From NCBI GenBank assembly GCA_016839445.1, contig JAEOUG010000029.1:1-24866 (forward strand): a stretch of 24,866 nucleotides of DNA. The letters are read 5' to 3'. Shown in pieces: positions 17,777 to 24,866 of the stretch. The notes below the pieces were generated by a model. That model had not been told where the DNA came from. It searched no databases and saw only the letters and a program-made list of their open reading frames with translations. Position 1 is the first letter of the stretch. The number at the start of each line of letters is the position of its first letter. A program made the translations under genes and the position numbers. The stretch is from Candidatus Thorarchaeota archaeon (GTDB lineage Archaea > Asgardarchaeota > Thorarchaeia > Thorarchaeales > Thorarchaeaceae).

Positions 17777-18274
17777 CTAGAACATTCCCTTGGCAGCCAT
17801 CATGTCTTCCTGTAGAGCTTCAAGATCTTCCTCGTGCTCCACTTCATCCGCAAGAATCTCTAGAACCATGTTGTACGTTATCTGGTCCTTGTCCTTGGTC
17901 ATCTCCAAGATCTTGTTGTAGGTGACTATGGCGCACCTCTCTCCCTCCACATTCTGCTCAAGAAGCGCCTTGACCGACGAATCGGAAGGCACAAGGTAGC
18001 CGCAGTTCGTGTGTTTCTCCCAATCACTTGGGGCCAGTAGAGGCTTCCCTCCCAGCTGGATAATCCTCTCGGTCAGCATGTCTGCATGCCTCAGCTCATC
18101 CGCTGCATGTTGCACGAGTTCGGCCACTACGGCGCCCCTCATCGGGCCAACCGCCACCTTTGCTCCGACCCAGTACTGGTAGTGGGCAAGCCACTCGTCT
18201 GCGAATGCCTTGTTGAGTGTTTTGAGCAGTTCATCGACGTCCAACTTCACAATTTCCTTTCCTTTCTTTCCCAT
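17777..18274 (-). CDS. DPS-like (DpsL/thioferritin) ferritin-superfamily protein
   Basis: Di-iron ligands ADEWLA.YQY, DELRHA, EGERCAI and DEVEHE, plus two Cys (NCGY, ERCA). Start ATG 18274. Confidence 0.9.
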   Translation of the reverse strand: MGKKGKEIVKLDVDELLKTLNKAFADEWLAHYQYWVGAKVAVGPMRGAVVAELVQHAADELRHADMLTERIIQLGGKPLLAPSDWEKHTNCGYLVPSDSSVKALLEQNVEGERCAIVTYNKILEMTKDKDQITYNMVLEILADEVEHEEDLEALQEDMMAAKGMF

Positions 18275-18340
18275 AGTATTCTCTTCTCCTCGCTTATTCA
18301 AGCAACGAGCTCTGAAAGCACACACGGTATTGAATCTGGA

Positions 18341-18348
18341 TTTATAAA
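18341..18348. promoter_or_regulatory. TATA box upstream of the DPS-like gene
   Basis: Palindromic TTTATAAA about 70 nt upstream of the start codon. Confidence 0.55.
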
Positions 18349-18507
18349 CATGCAATCCTGTCGTGTTGACTTCGGGAAGGGAGTGAAAGGAGCGCTCTGC
18401 ATCGTTGGACTAGTGAGCTTTTTAGGCATCAGAGAGAATACACTCGGAACTGCTTCTCCGAGAAGGGGGAGCTGTATTCGCGTACACTTAGAGGGATGGA
18501 TGGAAGA

Positions 18508-20589
18508 ATGAATAACAGGGTAGTCTTACTGTTCATGATGTTCCTTCTGCTGGCCTCAGTCTGTGATGAGCCCGCAGAACCTGCTGCTGTTGGCGATGTT
18601 GACTTCTCAAGATACGTCATATCGCAGACAGAGATGCCTATCTATGAGCTGATTCGGCCGGAGGTCAACGAGTCATGGGCTGAAGCCTTGGCTGACTCTC
18701 TCACTCCTATACCTGAGATATCCGCCGAGGAAGGAGAAGATCGGATTGTGGTCAGGTATCTCAACATGTCCTTTGAGATAGACCGTCGGGACGGAACCAT
18801 GTGGTATGCGGACTATGAGAAACTCTGGAATGTGGCTTTGGGAATTGAAGTGCCATCACCCTCGGCTTGCCAGGATGCGGCAGATGCGTGGCTGAGGGAG
18901 AAGGGAATGCTTCCCGATAACGCAGTCTTCGTCAGTGTGGGCTCCACCAACGTTACAGCGTACAACATGGACGCAGGCGAAGCAATTGCGAAAGTACTGC
19001 AGTATCATGTGAACTACGAGTTCATGGTTGGCGATATCCCAATAACGGGCGATGCTGCCCAGATTTGCGTAATCATCGGAGAGGGGGGCGAACGATTGGC
19101 CTTCAATTGGAAGTGGAGGGAGATTGCATCTGAACCCTACACGACTTCTAGCCTGATAGAGTACGAGTCTGTTCTCGACGCTCACGGAATCAGTGCTAGT
19201 GAAGTGGTTGATCATCGACTTGTCTACACAACAGACGATAACCCTGGCAGCAATAACCTGCTGTATCCAGTCTGGGAGATTGAAGTCAAGGAGGACGAGG
19301 ATGCTCTGGGTCATGGTCTCGAGAAGATAATCTACATCGATGCCACCCTTTTCGACCCTCAGGTAGAAATCACCACACCATCCCACGGGATATCAGTCAT
19401 GCCCGGGACCTCCATCACCTTCAACTGTGAGGTACAGTTTGGGACTCCTCCCTACACCTACGAGTGGTCTTCAGATTTCGATGGAGTCCTAAGCACATCC
19501 AAGTCCTTCACGACAACAACGCTCTCTGAGCTTCTGAAGAAGGGTCATCCAGTGCCTCATGCCATTGGTGTCGAAGTCAGAGATTCCGAAGATAGATGGT
19601 GCAGCGACTGCATTGCTGTCACCATAGAAACGGTTGACTTCACCATGGATCCCACGATAGTAGCGGTATCAGTAGGGGCCATTGCTCTTGTAGTCGGCTC
19701 GCTTCTCCTATTCCGAAGAAGGAAAGTCGCCCTTCTGCTCCTGTTCCTCTGCATGTTCTTCTCCTCGTTCCTCCTGCTTCCTGTATCTGAGGCGGCAAGC
19801 AGTGCTGCCAGTGGGAGGGTCTATTCTCCAAGTGCTCCCACGGGCGCTTATGACGACGGTGTGAAGGAGATAGGTATCGAATGGGTAGGCCTGTCCGATC
19901 CCGATTCGCCGCTGCCAAACACTGAAACGAACATCGAGGGCTTCTACAACTGGATGGGAACATACGGGGCCTTCAGTCGAGAGTTCAATTGGGGCGAATA
20001 CTCGGCGTGGGAAGAAGACTTCAAAGACGCCCAGTTCAGTGGTACGGATACCGAGTGGATAGACGCTGTGGACATAGTCTACTACCAGGACCACGGCAAT
20101 CCCAATGGCGTGTCGTTCACCTCCTCTCATGACGACGGATGGCTGAGTGTGGGACACATGCGCTTGGGTGATGGCGATCTTGACACGATAATCTTCGACG
20201 CGTGTAGTCCACTTGCATGGGTGAACAAAGATGGCGACAAAGTCTGGGACAGATGGGGTCCTACGCTGCAGGGCGTCCATCAGGTCTGCTCTTTTGCATC
20301 AGGCTCTCACAATGCTCGTACACGCGGCGTGAGATTTGCCTCCTACATGACCGGAATCGCACCTCTGATACCGCCCAGCACCATCATGCAAGCATGGTTC
20401 AGAGCCTGCATGGAGACCGAGGGTAGTGATATCACGGCCGCATTATTCTATGGTTCCAAATCCTCAAATCCCGGAAATCCACAGCTGGATGACCCCTCGC
20501 ATGACCATGCCTATGGCTTCGGTTATGTCTGCTCCGATCCGACACCTGGCACTTTCGGGTGGCTTGTCTACGTGACCTGTAATTGCTAG
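18508..20589 (+). CDS. Secreted multidomain protein: PepSY/YcdB-like region, PKD/Ig-like domain, TM hairpin, DUF6345-like His-Cys domain
   Basis: Signal peptide; LVY...LYPVWEI (PepSY-like); FGTPPYTYEWSSDFDG (PKD-like); two internal hydrophobic helices around RRRK; C-terminal DIVYYQDHG and IIFDACS. Domain names are from motif recognition, not a search. Confidence 0.7.
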   Translation: MNNRVVLLFMMFLLLASVCDEPAEPAAVGDVDFSRYVISQTEMPIYELIRPEVNESWAEALADSLTPIPEISAEEGEDRIVVRYLNMSFEIDRRDGTMWYADYEKLWNVALGIEVPSPSACQDAADAWLREKGMLPDNAVFVSVGSTNVTAYNMDAGEAIAKVLQYHVNYEFMVGDIPITGDAAQICVIIGEGGERLAFNWKWREIASEPYTTSSLIEYESVLDAHGISASEVVDHRLVYTTDDNPGSNNLLYPVWEIEVKEDEDALGHGLEKIIYIDATLFDPQVEITTPSHGISVMPGTSITFNCEVQFGTPPYTYEWSSDFDGVLSTSKSFTTTTLSELLKKGHPVPHAIGVEVRDSEDRWCSDCIAVTIETVDFTMDPTIVAVSVGAIALVVGSLLLFRRRKVALLLLFLCMFFSSFLLLPVSEAASSAASGRVYSPSAPTGAYDDGVKEIGIEWVGLSDPDSPLPNTETNIEGFYNWMGTYGAFSREFNWGEYSAWEEDFKDAQFSGTDTEWIDAVDIVYYQDHGNPNGVSFTSSHDDGWLSVGHMRLGDGDLDTIIFDACSPLAWVNKDGDKVWDRWGPTLQGVHQVCSFASGSHNARTRGVRFASYMTGIAPLIPPSTIMQAWFRACMETEGSDITAALFYGSKSSNPGNPQLDDPSHDHAYGFGYVCSDPTPGTFGWLVYVTCNC

Positions 20590-20604
20590 CGAGCAGAGGT
20601 AGAC

Positions 20605-21309
20605 TCAGAACTCAATGGCATCGTCGAGCTTCTTGGCGGCTCGAACGGTGCCCTCTGCTTCTTTTGGCGTGGGTGGGATTCCATCAAATCCTGTTCGTTC
20701 TATGTGCTCGGCCGTGATTCTCCTCAGTTCCTCCCCTGATAGCTCAGACATCTTCTGGATTGTGTCTATACCAGCGTCGTAGTACAACCTGGCCCGAACG
20801 GACTTCACAGCGCCCAGACGAGACAGGTTTGACAGTTTGGCAAGCTCGAGCAACTCTCCAACACTCACTCCCGTTCTCTTTGAGAGCTCCTCTCTCTGAT
20901 TATGCGTCCTGCACTTCGAAATCATCTGGTCCACGTTGCTGACACCAACAGCTTCAAGTCTCTGCAATGAATCTGGGCTCACGTTCATGAAGTCCCTTAG
21001 CTTGAAGGGTTGCCTTCTCTTGGAGGTGTGTTGCTCCCTAATCCCTCCTGCTGCCTTGAGAAGGCCCGCGTTGCCGATGAAACCGAAGTAGTAGCGGAGC
21101 GCCCACATCTGCTTGGCCACCTTGTCCTTCTCCAATACGTTTCCAACGTAGTCATCGAGGTCTTCATCCTTGGCTTCTTCTATTGTCTTTCCACGGGATC
21201 TCAGGAATTCGCTGAATCCTCGGGCGCCCTCAATAGAGGCCTCGATTGTGCTTGGTGTCTTCTGCTTCTTCTTCATATGGGCTCTGAAGCCCTCCTCGTC
21301 GATACTCAA
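20605..21309 (-). CDS. DUF4332 protein (HhH) with an N-terminal integrase SAM-like region
   Basis: LSRLGAVKSVRARLYYDAGIDT (HhH/DUF4332-like); the N-terminal STIE...FSEFL...ALRYYFGF resembles the integrase core-binding domain. GGAGGAG precedes the TTG start. Confidence 0.75.
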   Translation of the reverse strand: MSIDEEGFRAHMKKKQKTPSTIEASIEGARGFSEFLRSRGKTIEEAKDEDLDDYVGNVLEKDKVAKQMWALRYYFGFIGNAGLLKAAGGIREQHTSKRRQPFKLRDFMNVSPDSLQRLEAVGVSNVDQMISKCRTHNQREELSKRTGVSVGELLELAKLSNLSRLGAVKSVRARLYYDAGIDTIQKMSELSGEELRRITAEHIERTGFDGIPPTPKEAEGTVRAAKKLDDAIEF

Positions 21310-21411
21310 GGAATCTCCTCCGAATCGCTAAGCGGGCTAAGTGATGTGAGGATGGTGTGGGCTTAAAAGTCCGTGTTCTTCCCGCCTGCAGGAGCAGAAG
21401 GAGTCACTCTC

Positions 21412-22209
21412 ATGATTCGCGAACTTGAAAGATACGTGGCATTGACTATCTACGCAAACACCTCAATCAGAGGTAGGAGCTCCGGCTTTGATCTTGACAG
21501 GCTTGTGGCTGACAGGCTGTACTCCATCGAGTTCCTCGACTCTCTGCCTGAGGGAGTGGTCGGCGCGCCTCGAGTAATCGCGACGAGCGCGGAAGCATGG
21601 GTCAAGGGACTGGCAGAGGACCGGGCAGAGTCGGTCGTGCTACACCGCAGGCCTGCAAACAACCTCGGCCTTGCTGAACACATCCGCGTGGCTTTCAGAG
21701 GCGGAGGGAAAGCGTGGCTTCTTGAAGTTGTGATGGGCGATTCAAGTGATGTGTATTCTGACGAGCCGGATCTTGAGGGAACGGGCTATCCGTCCGCCAA
21801 GACGAGATTCACGAGACTCCAGAAGCAAGTCACTCCCCTTACAGGCACCTATCCTAATGTCTCCGCGGCTCGAGAGACTCTAGATCTGACTCTAAGAGAT
21901 CTATCTAGCTTTGCGTCTTGTCACGAGCACGCGATCCATTGGGTGGACAACTTCAATTCTGCTCGTGCTATTCTGTATAACGACGTGTCACAGACATCAG
22001 ACCTCTTCCTGCCTCCTGGCATTGTGGCCAATGACGCACGACAGCTCATCGAGGCAGCACTTGGTAGCTGGGTCTTCGGTGGCATGGGCTCCTGGAATGA
22101 CATGGCCTTTCAGGGTGATGCTCAGGAAGAATATGATGAGCTCACTAGGGCTCTTCATGAGGCGATATGTCACGCCCTTGCAGCTGGAGCCAATAGCAGC
22201 GCTCTCTGA
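21412..22209 (+). CDS. Hypothetical protein with a WVFGGMGSWND motif
   Basis: Long ORF with GAAGGAG upstream of ATG 21412; conserved-looking GGMGSWND motif (DUF6966-like). Confidence 0.7.
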   Translation: MIRELERYVALTIYANTSIRGRSSGFDLDRLVADRLYSIEFLDSLPEGVVGAPRVIATSAEAWVKGLAEDRAESVVLHRRPANNLGLAEHIRVAFRGGGKAWLLEVVMGDSSDVYSDEPDLEGTGYPSAKTRFTRLQKQVTPLTGTYPNVSAARETLDLTLRDLSSFASCHEHAIHWVDNFNSARAILYNDVSQTSDLFLPPGIVANDARQLIEAALGSWVFGGMGSWNDMAFQGDAQEEYDELTRALHEAICHALAAGANSSAL

Positions 22210-22224
22210 CCGTATTGGGAGTTC

Positions 22225-22259
22225 AAAAAGAAGGGGGATGGCCCAAGTCAGGGACTTGG
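22225..22259 (-). terminator. Candidate terminator of the solute-binding protein gene
   Basis: Hairpin CCAAGTC-N3-GACTTGG (22243-22259) followed on the minus strand by CCCCCTTCTTTTT. Confidence 0.6.
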
Positions 22260-22273
22260 ACCATTAGACTGAG

Positions 22274-23686
22274 CTAGCTTCTCCTTCGGAAGACGATGAT
22301 GAGTGCCACAAGGACAACTCCGACGAATCCAACGATTATCGTAGTCGTCAACGGGTCAAGCACGAAGCCTCCACCCGGTGTGTAGTTCGAGTTGATCGGA
22401 GGCGCCACAGTGAACCTGTCAAGAGTCTCGACAAGCTCGGCAATTACCAGACCCTCTGTTTCAGATCCGGACTCTTCATCTATTACGGCCTTCGCGATAT
22501 ACATCTCTGCCAGTCCCTGGTGATCCTGCGGCCGCAAGTAGGTGGGACCCTTCGGGCAGTTGATGGTGAGACCGCTCTCCAGATAGTTGATCATAGCTTG
22601 CGGGTTCAAGCTAGGCACATGGTTGGTTACATCAACCACAAACTGAGCCGTGGCAAACGCGCTCGCCGTGAAGAGCTCTGGTGCACGGAACGTGAAGTAT
22701 GGAAGATCTGGATAGATATTCCGAGTCACGTGTTGGGCAACCATCCAATCGTTTGCAGCATTGTCTGGTAGCTGGTATCCGTACAGGCAGAGACCTGTTG
22801 AGTTCACGTATGTTGCTGGAGGCGTGAGACTAGCCTCAATGACGTTCATTGAGAGAATGTCGATGCAAGCACCTGAGATTTCCATATCGGAGGCAACATC
22901 ATAGGCCGCCAGGTCGCCATATAGATAGGCGAAGTTGCCGGCCCAGATGATGAAGAGGTACTCGATGTCATAGGTTGCATCGGCAGACTGTAGATTGAGG
23001 ATGTACGGTGAGAAGTCGGTCGCAGCAAGTGATGCGTACTGTGTGGTAATGACTTCTCCACCCTTCTCTTCAATCACAGCGGTCATTGATGCCACACCAC
23101 TGTAGCCGAACGAGTAGTCCGCGGCAAGGAATGCAAACTTCGTGTAGTTGAGGTAGTCCATGGCATAGGTTACGCCAGCATAGGCGTCATGCCAGTTGTT
23201 CCTCGCTATCCGGAAGATGTAGGGGTTGAAGTTCTCTGCTGTGAGTGAAGCATCAGCAGCTGGAGTAATGAAGTACAACTTCTGATACTCCTCTGCAATA
23301 GGTGCTATCGCTGCAGCGACACCACTGTATGTGGCTCCAACGAGGATGTCAACTCCGTCTGTTTCAATGGCCGATGTAACAAGTGATGCAGCCTCGGTAG
23401 TTGAGCCCTGCGTATCGTAGTACAGGATCTCATAGTCTCGACCGGACTGCGTCTTGTTCTCGTTATCATAGGCCATTTCTGTTGTGGCGTATATCATTCC
23501 CAACTCGAAGCCTTGCTTGGTCCACGGTGCATAGAAAGAGAGTCCTGCTGTCGTGAAGGGTGCAAAGAGACCGATTTTGATTGGGTCTTCCTGCGCCGCC
23601 ACTGGGACAGCAATGAAACATGGTAGGAACACCGAGAACACAAGGAGCATGGAGATTGAGACCGATAACGATCTAGACTTGTTCAA
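22274..23686 (-). CDS. ABC transporter substrate-binding protein (LivK/Peripla_BP_6 type), C-terminally anchored
   Basis: Signal peptide ending PVAA, IKIGL, VDILVG..SGVA, NFNPYIFR, AADYSFG and PKG...RP.DHQ; C-terminal TM + RRR. GGAGGA SD precedes the TTG start; TATATA near 23753-23758. Confidence 0.88.
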   Translation of the reverse strand: MNKSRSLSVSISMLLVFSVFLPCFIAVPVAAQEDPIKIGLFAPFTTAGLSFYAPWTKQGFELGMIYATTEMAYDNENKTQSGRDYEILYYDTQGSTTEAASLVTSAIETDGVDILVGATYSGVAAAIAPIAEEYQKLYFITPAADASLTAENFNPYIFRIARNNWHDAYAGVTYAMDYLNYTKFAFLAADYSFGYSGVASMTAVIEEKGGEVITTQYASLAATDFSPYILNLQSADATYDIEYLFIIWAGNFAYLYGDLAAYDVASDMEISGACIDILSMNVIEASLTPPATYVNSTGLCLYGYQLPDNAANDWMVAQHVTRNIYPDLPYFTFRAPELFTASAFATAQFVVDVTNHVPSLNPQAMINYLESGLTINCPKGPTYLRPQDHQGLAEMYIAKAVIDEESGSETEGLVIAELVETLDRFTVAPPINSNYTPGGGFVLDPLTTTIIVGFVGVVLVALIIVFRRRS

Positions 23687-23805
23687 GTTCTGTCCTCCCT
23701 ATGTAAAGACACAGAGAATTCTATGCCTAACCAATGATGGAAGGCCCCGTGGTATATATCTGTTAAGGAATCTGGATTAATTACGTAATGCAACCTACTT
23801 GGCGC

Positions 23806-24600
23806 CTACGTACTATGCTTGCGGATGAAGCCCGTTACGATGCTGTTGAACTCCTTGGGTCTCTCGAAGGTCACAGCATGGCCAGAGTCACGGATGATTA
23901 CCATCTCTGAACCTTCTATCTTCTCGTGGATTGTGTTGGAGTACGGATAGGGCGGCTTCAGGATGTCCTTTTCGCCTGCTATGACGAGAGTGGGAGTCCT
24001 AATCTTGGAGATTTGACCCGTGATGTCAAGCTCCAGAAAAGCATCCATGAGTCTGGCCAAGGCCGCGAAATCAAGCTGGGCGTACCTCTCTTTGGCCGCT
24101 TCGAGCAGTACAGCTTGCTGTCGAATGAAGGTCCCTGCGAAATTCAGAGGCACTGTGGCATGGTAGAAGAGCTCTGGGTCTGCCTTGACGCAGGCGTACT
24201 TCCAGAGCATGGCCATGTTGTAGAGAAGTGTATCTATGTGCGACACAGCGCTACACGCAACCAGGCTCTTCAGTCTCTCAGGATACTTGAGGGCAAATAC
24301 CAACCCAAGCTCAGCTCCGTAGCTGATTCCAACATGATGTGCTTTCTTAATGCCCAGTTCCTCCAGAAGGGCCAATTGGTCCTCGGCGTGTAGGTCGAAG
24401 GAATAGGGCTCCCGTGGCTTCTCGCTCTGTCCTTGGCCACGCATATCGTAGAGAATCATCTGGAACTCCTTAGACAGATCGGGGATCTGGTTCACCCAGC
24501 CAAGTGTGTTGGAAAAGACGCCGTTACCGAAGATGACAGGCTCACCTTCTCCGTGTATTTCGTAGTACATGTTGATTCCGTTGATCTTCTTCGTTGGCAT
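23806..24600 (-). CDS. Alpha/beta hydrolase (enol-lactonase/esterase-like)
   Basis: YDMRGQGQS, GISYG nucleophile elbow, PTLVIAGEKD and SGH triad motifs. Confidence 0.92.
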   Translation of the reverse strand: MPTKKINGINMYYEIHGEGEPVIFGNGVFSNTLGWVNQIPDLSKEFQMILYDMRGQGQSEKPREPYSFDLHAEDQLALLEELGIKKAHHVGISYGAELGLVFALKYPERLKSLVACSAVSHIDTLLYNMAMLWKYACVKADPELFYHATVPLNFAGTFIRQQAVLLEAAKERYAQLDFAALARLMDAFLELDITGQISKIRTPTLVIAGEKDILKPPYPYSNTIHEKIEGSEMVIIRDSGHAVTFERPKEFNSIVTGFIRKHST

Positions 24601-24602
24601 GA

Positions 24603-24866
24603 CTATTCCTCCTTACCGAAGTCCTCTCTGAGCCGACGTTTCAGAATCTTCCCTGCTCCGGAAATGTAGGGTGTAAGGCTTTCAATGAACCGAACCGACT
24701 TTGGTATCTTGAACTTGGCGAGTTTCCCTTGACAGAACCCGAGTATCTCTTCTTCTGATGCATCTTGCCCCTCTCTCAGGACGACTATTGCACGTCCCAC
24801 TTCTCCCCACTTCGAGTCGGGTACGCCTATCACCTGAACTTGGGCAATCTTCGGATGCTCTTCAAG
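24603..24866 (-). CDS. Acyl-CoA synthetase (AMP-forming), C-terminal fragment
   Basis: Frame open to the window edge: LEEHPKIAQVQVIGVPDSKWGE...LAKFKIPKSV...GKILKR (AMP-binding C domain with the catalytic Lys). Confidence 0.93.
   Translation of the reverse strand, partial: LEEHPKIAQVQVIGVPDSKWGEVGRAIVVLREGQDASEEEILGFCQGKLAKFKIPKSVRFIESLTPYISGAGKILKRRLREDFGKEE

Noticed and set aside
20575-20589. C-terminal CxC (TCNC-stop) resembling a Rab-type prenylation motif
   Set aside because: The domain is predicted to be extracellular, where a disulfide is a simpler explanation; nothing here supports prenylation.

Overview
A gene-dense, mid-GC archaeal-looking window: TATA-like boxes such as TTATATA and TTTATAAA, several TTG/GTG starts, and several secreted proteins with a C-terminal TM helix plus basic tail. 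The gene style suggests an Asgard archaeon, probably Thorarchaeia; this is inference and no marker gene here proves it. Genes in order: LarA-family nickel-pincer epimerase; membrane-anchored secreted protein; C39/BtrH-like peptidase; ABC-2 permease and ATPase; cysS; TPR protein; small hypothetical; divergent PRPP-synthetase homolog; tandem GNAT; 4-TM protein; GH3 beta-glucosidase; DinB protein; membrane-tethered wHTH regulator divergent from a DUF3160 protein; DPS-like thioferritin; PepSY/PKD/DUF6345-like fusion; DUF4332 protein; hypothetical; and an acyl-CoA ligase / alpha-beta hydrolase / solute-binding protein cluster. No rRNA, tRNA, CRISPR or transposase was seen. The strongest unexplained signal is a eukaryote-type SECIS-like RNA (AUGA...AAA...GA, with helix I and helix II) just after the UGA stop of cysS. 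cysS has no internal UGA, and its reading frame stays open past the stop into the downstream ABC ATPase. Other highlights: a tandem 22-bp-phased operator upstream of larA, an apparent two-proteins-in-one-ORF protease precursor, and a PRPP-synthetase paralog with an altered ATP site.
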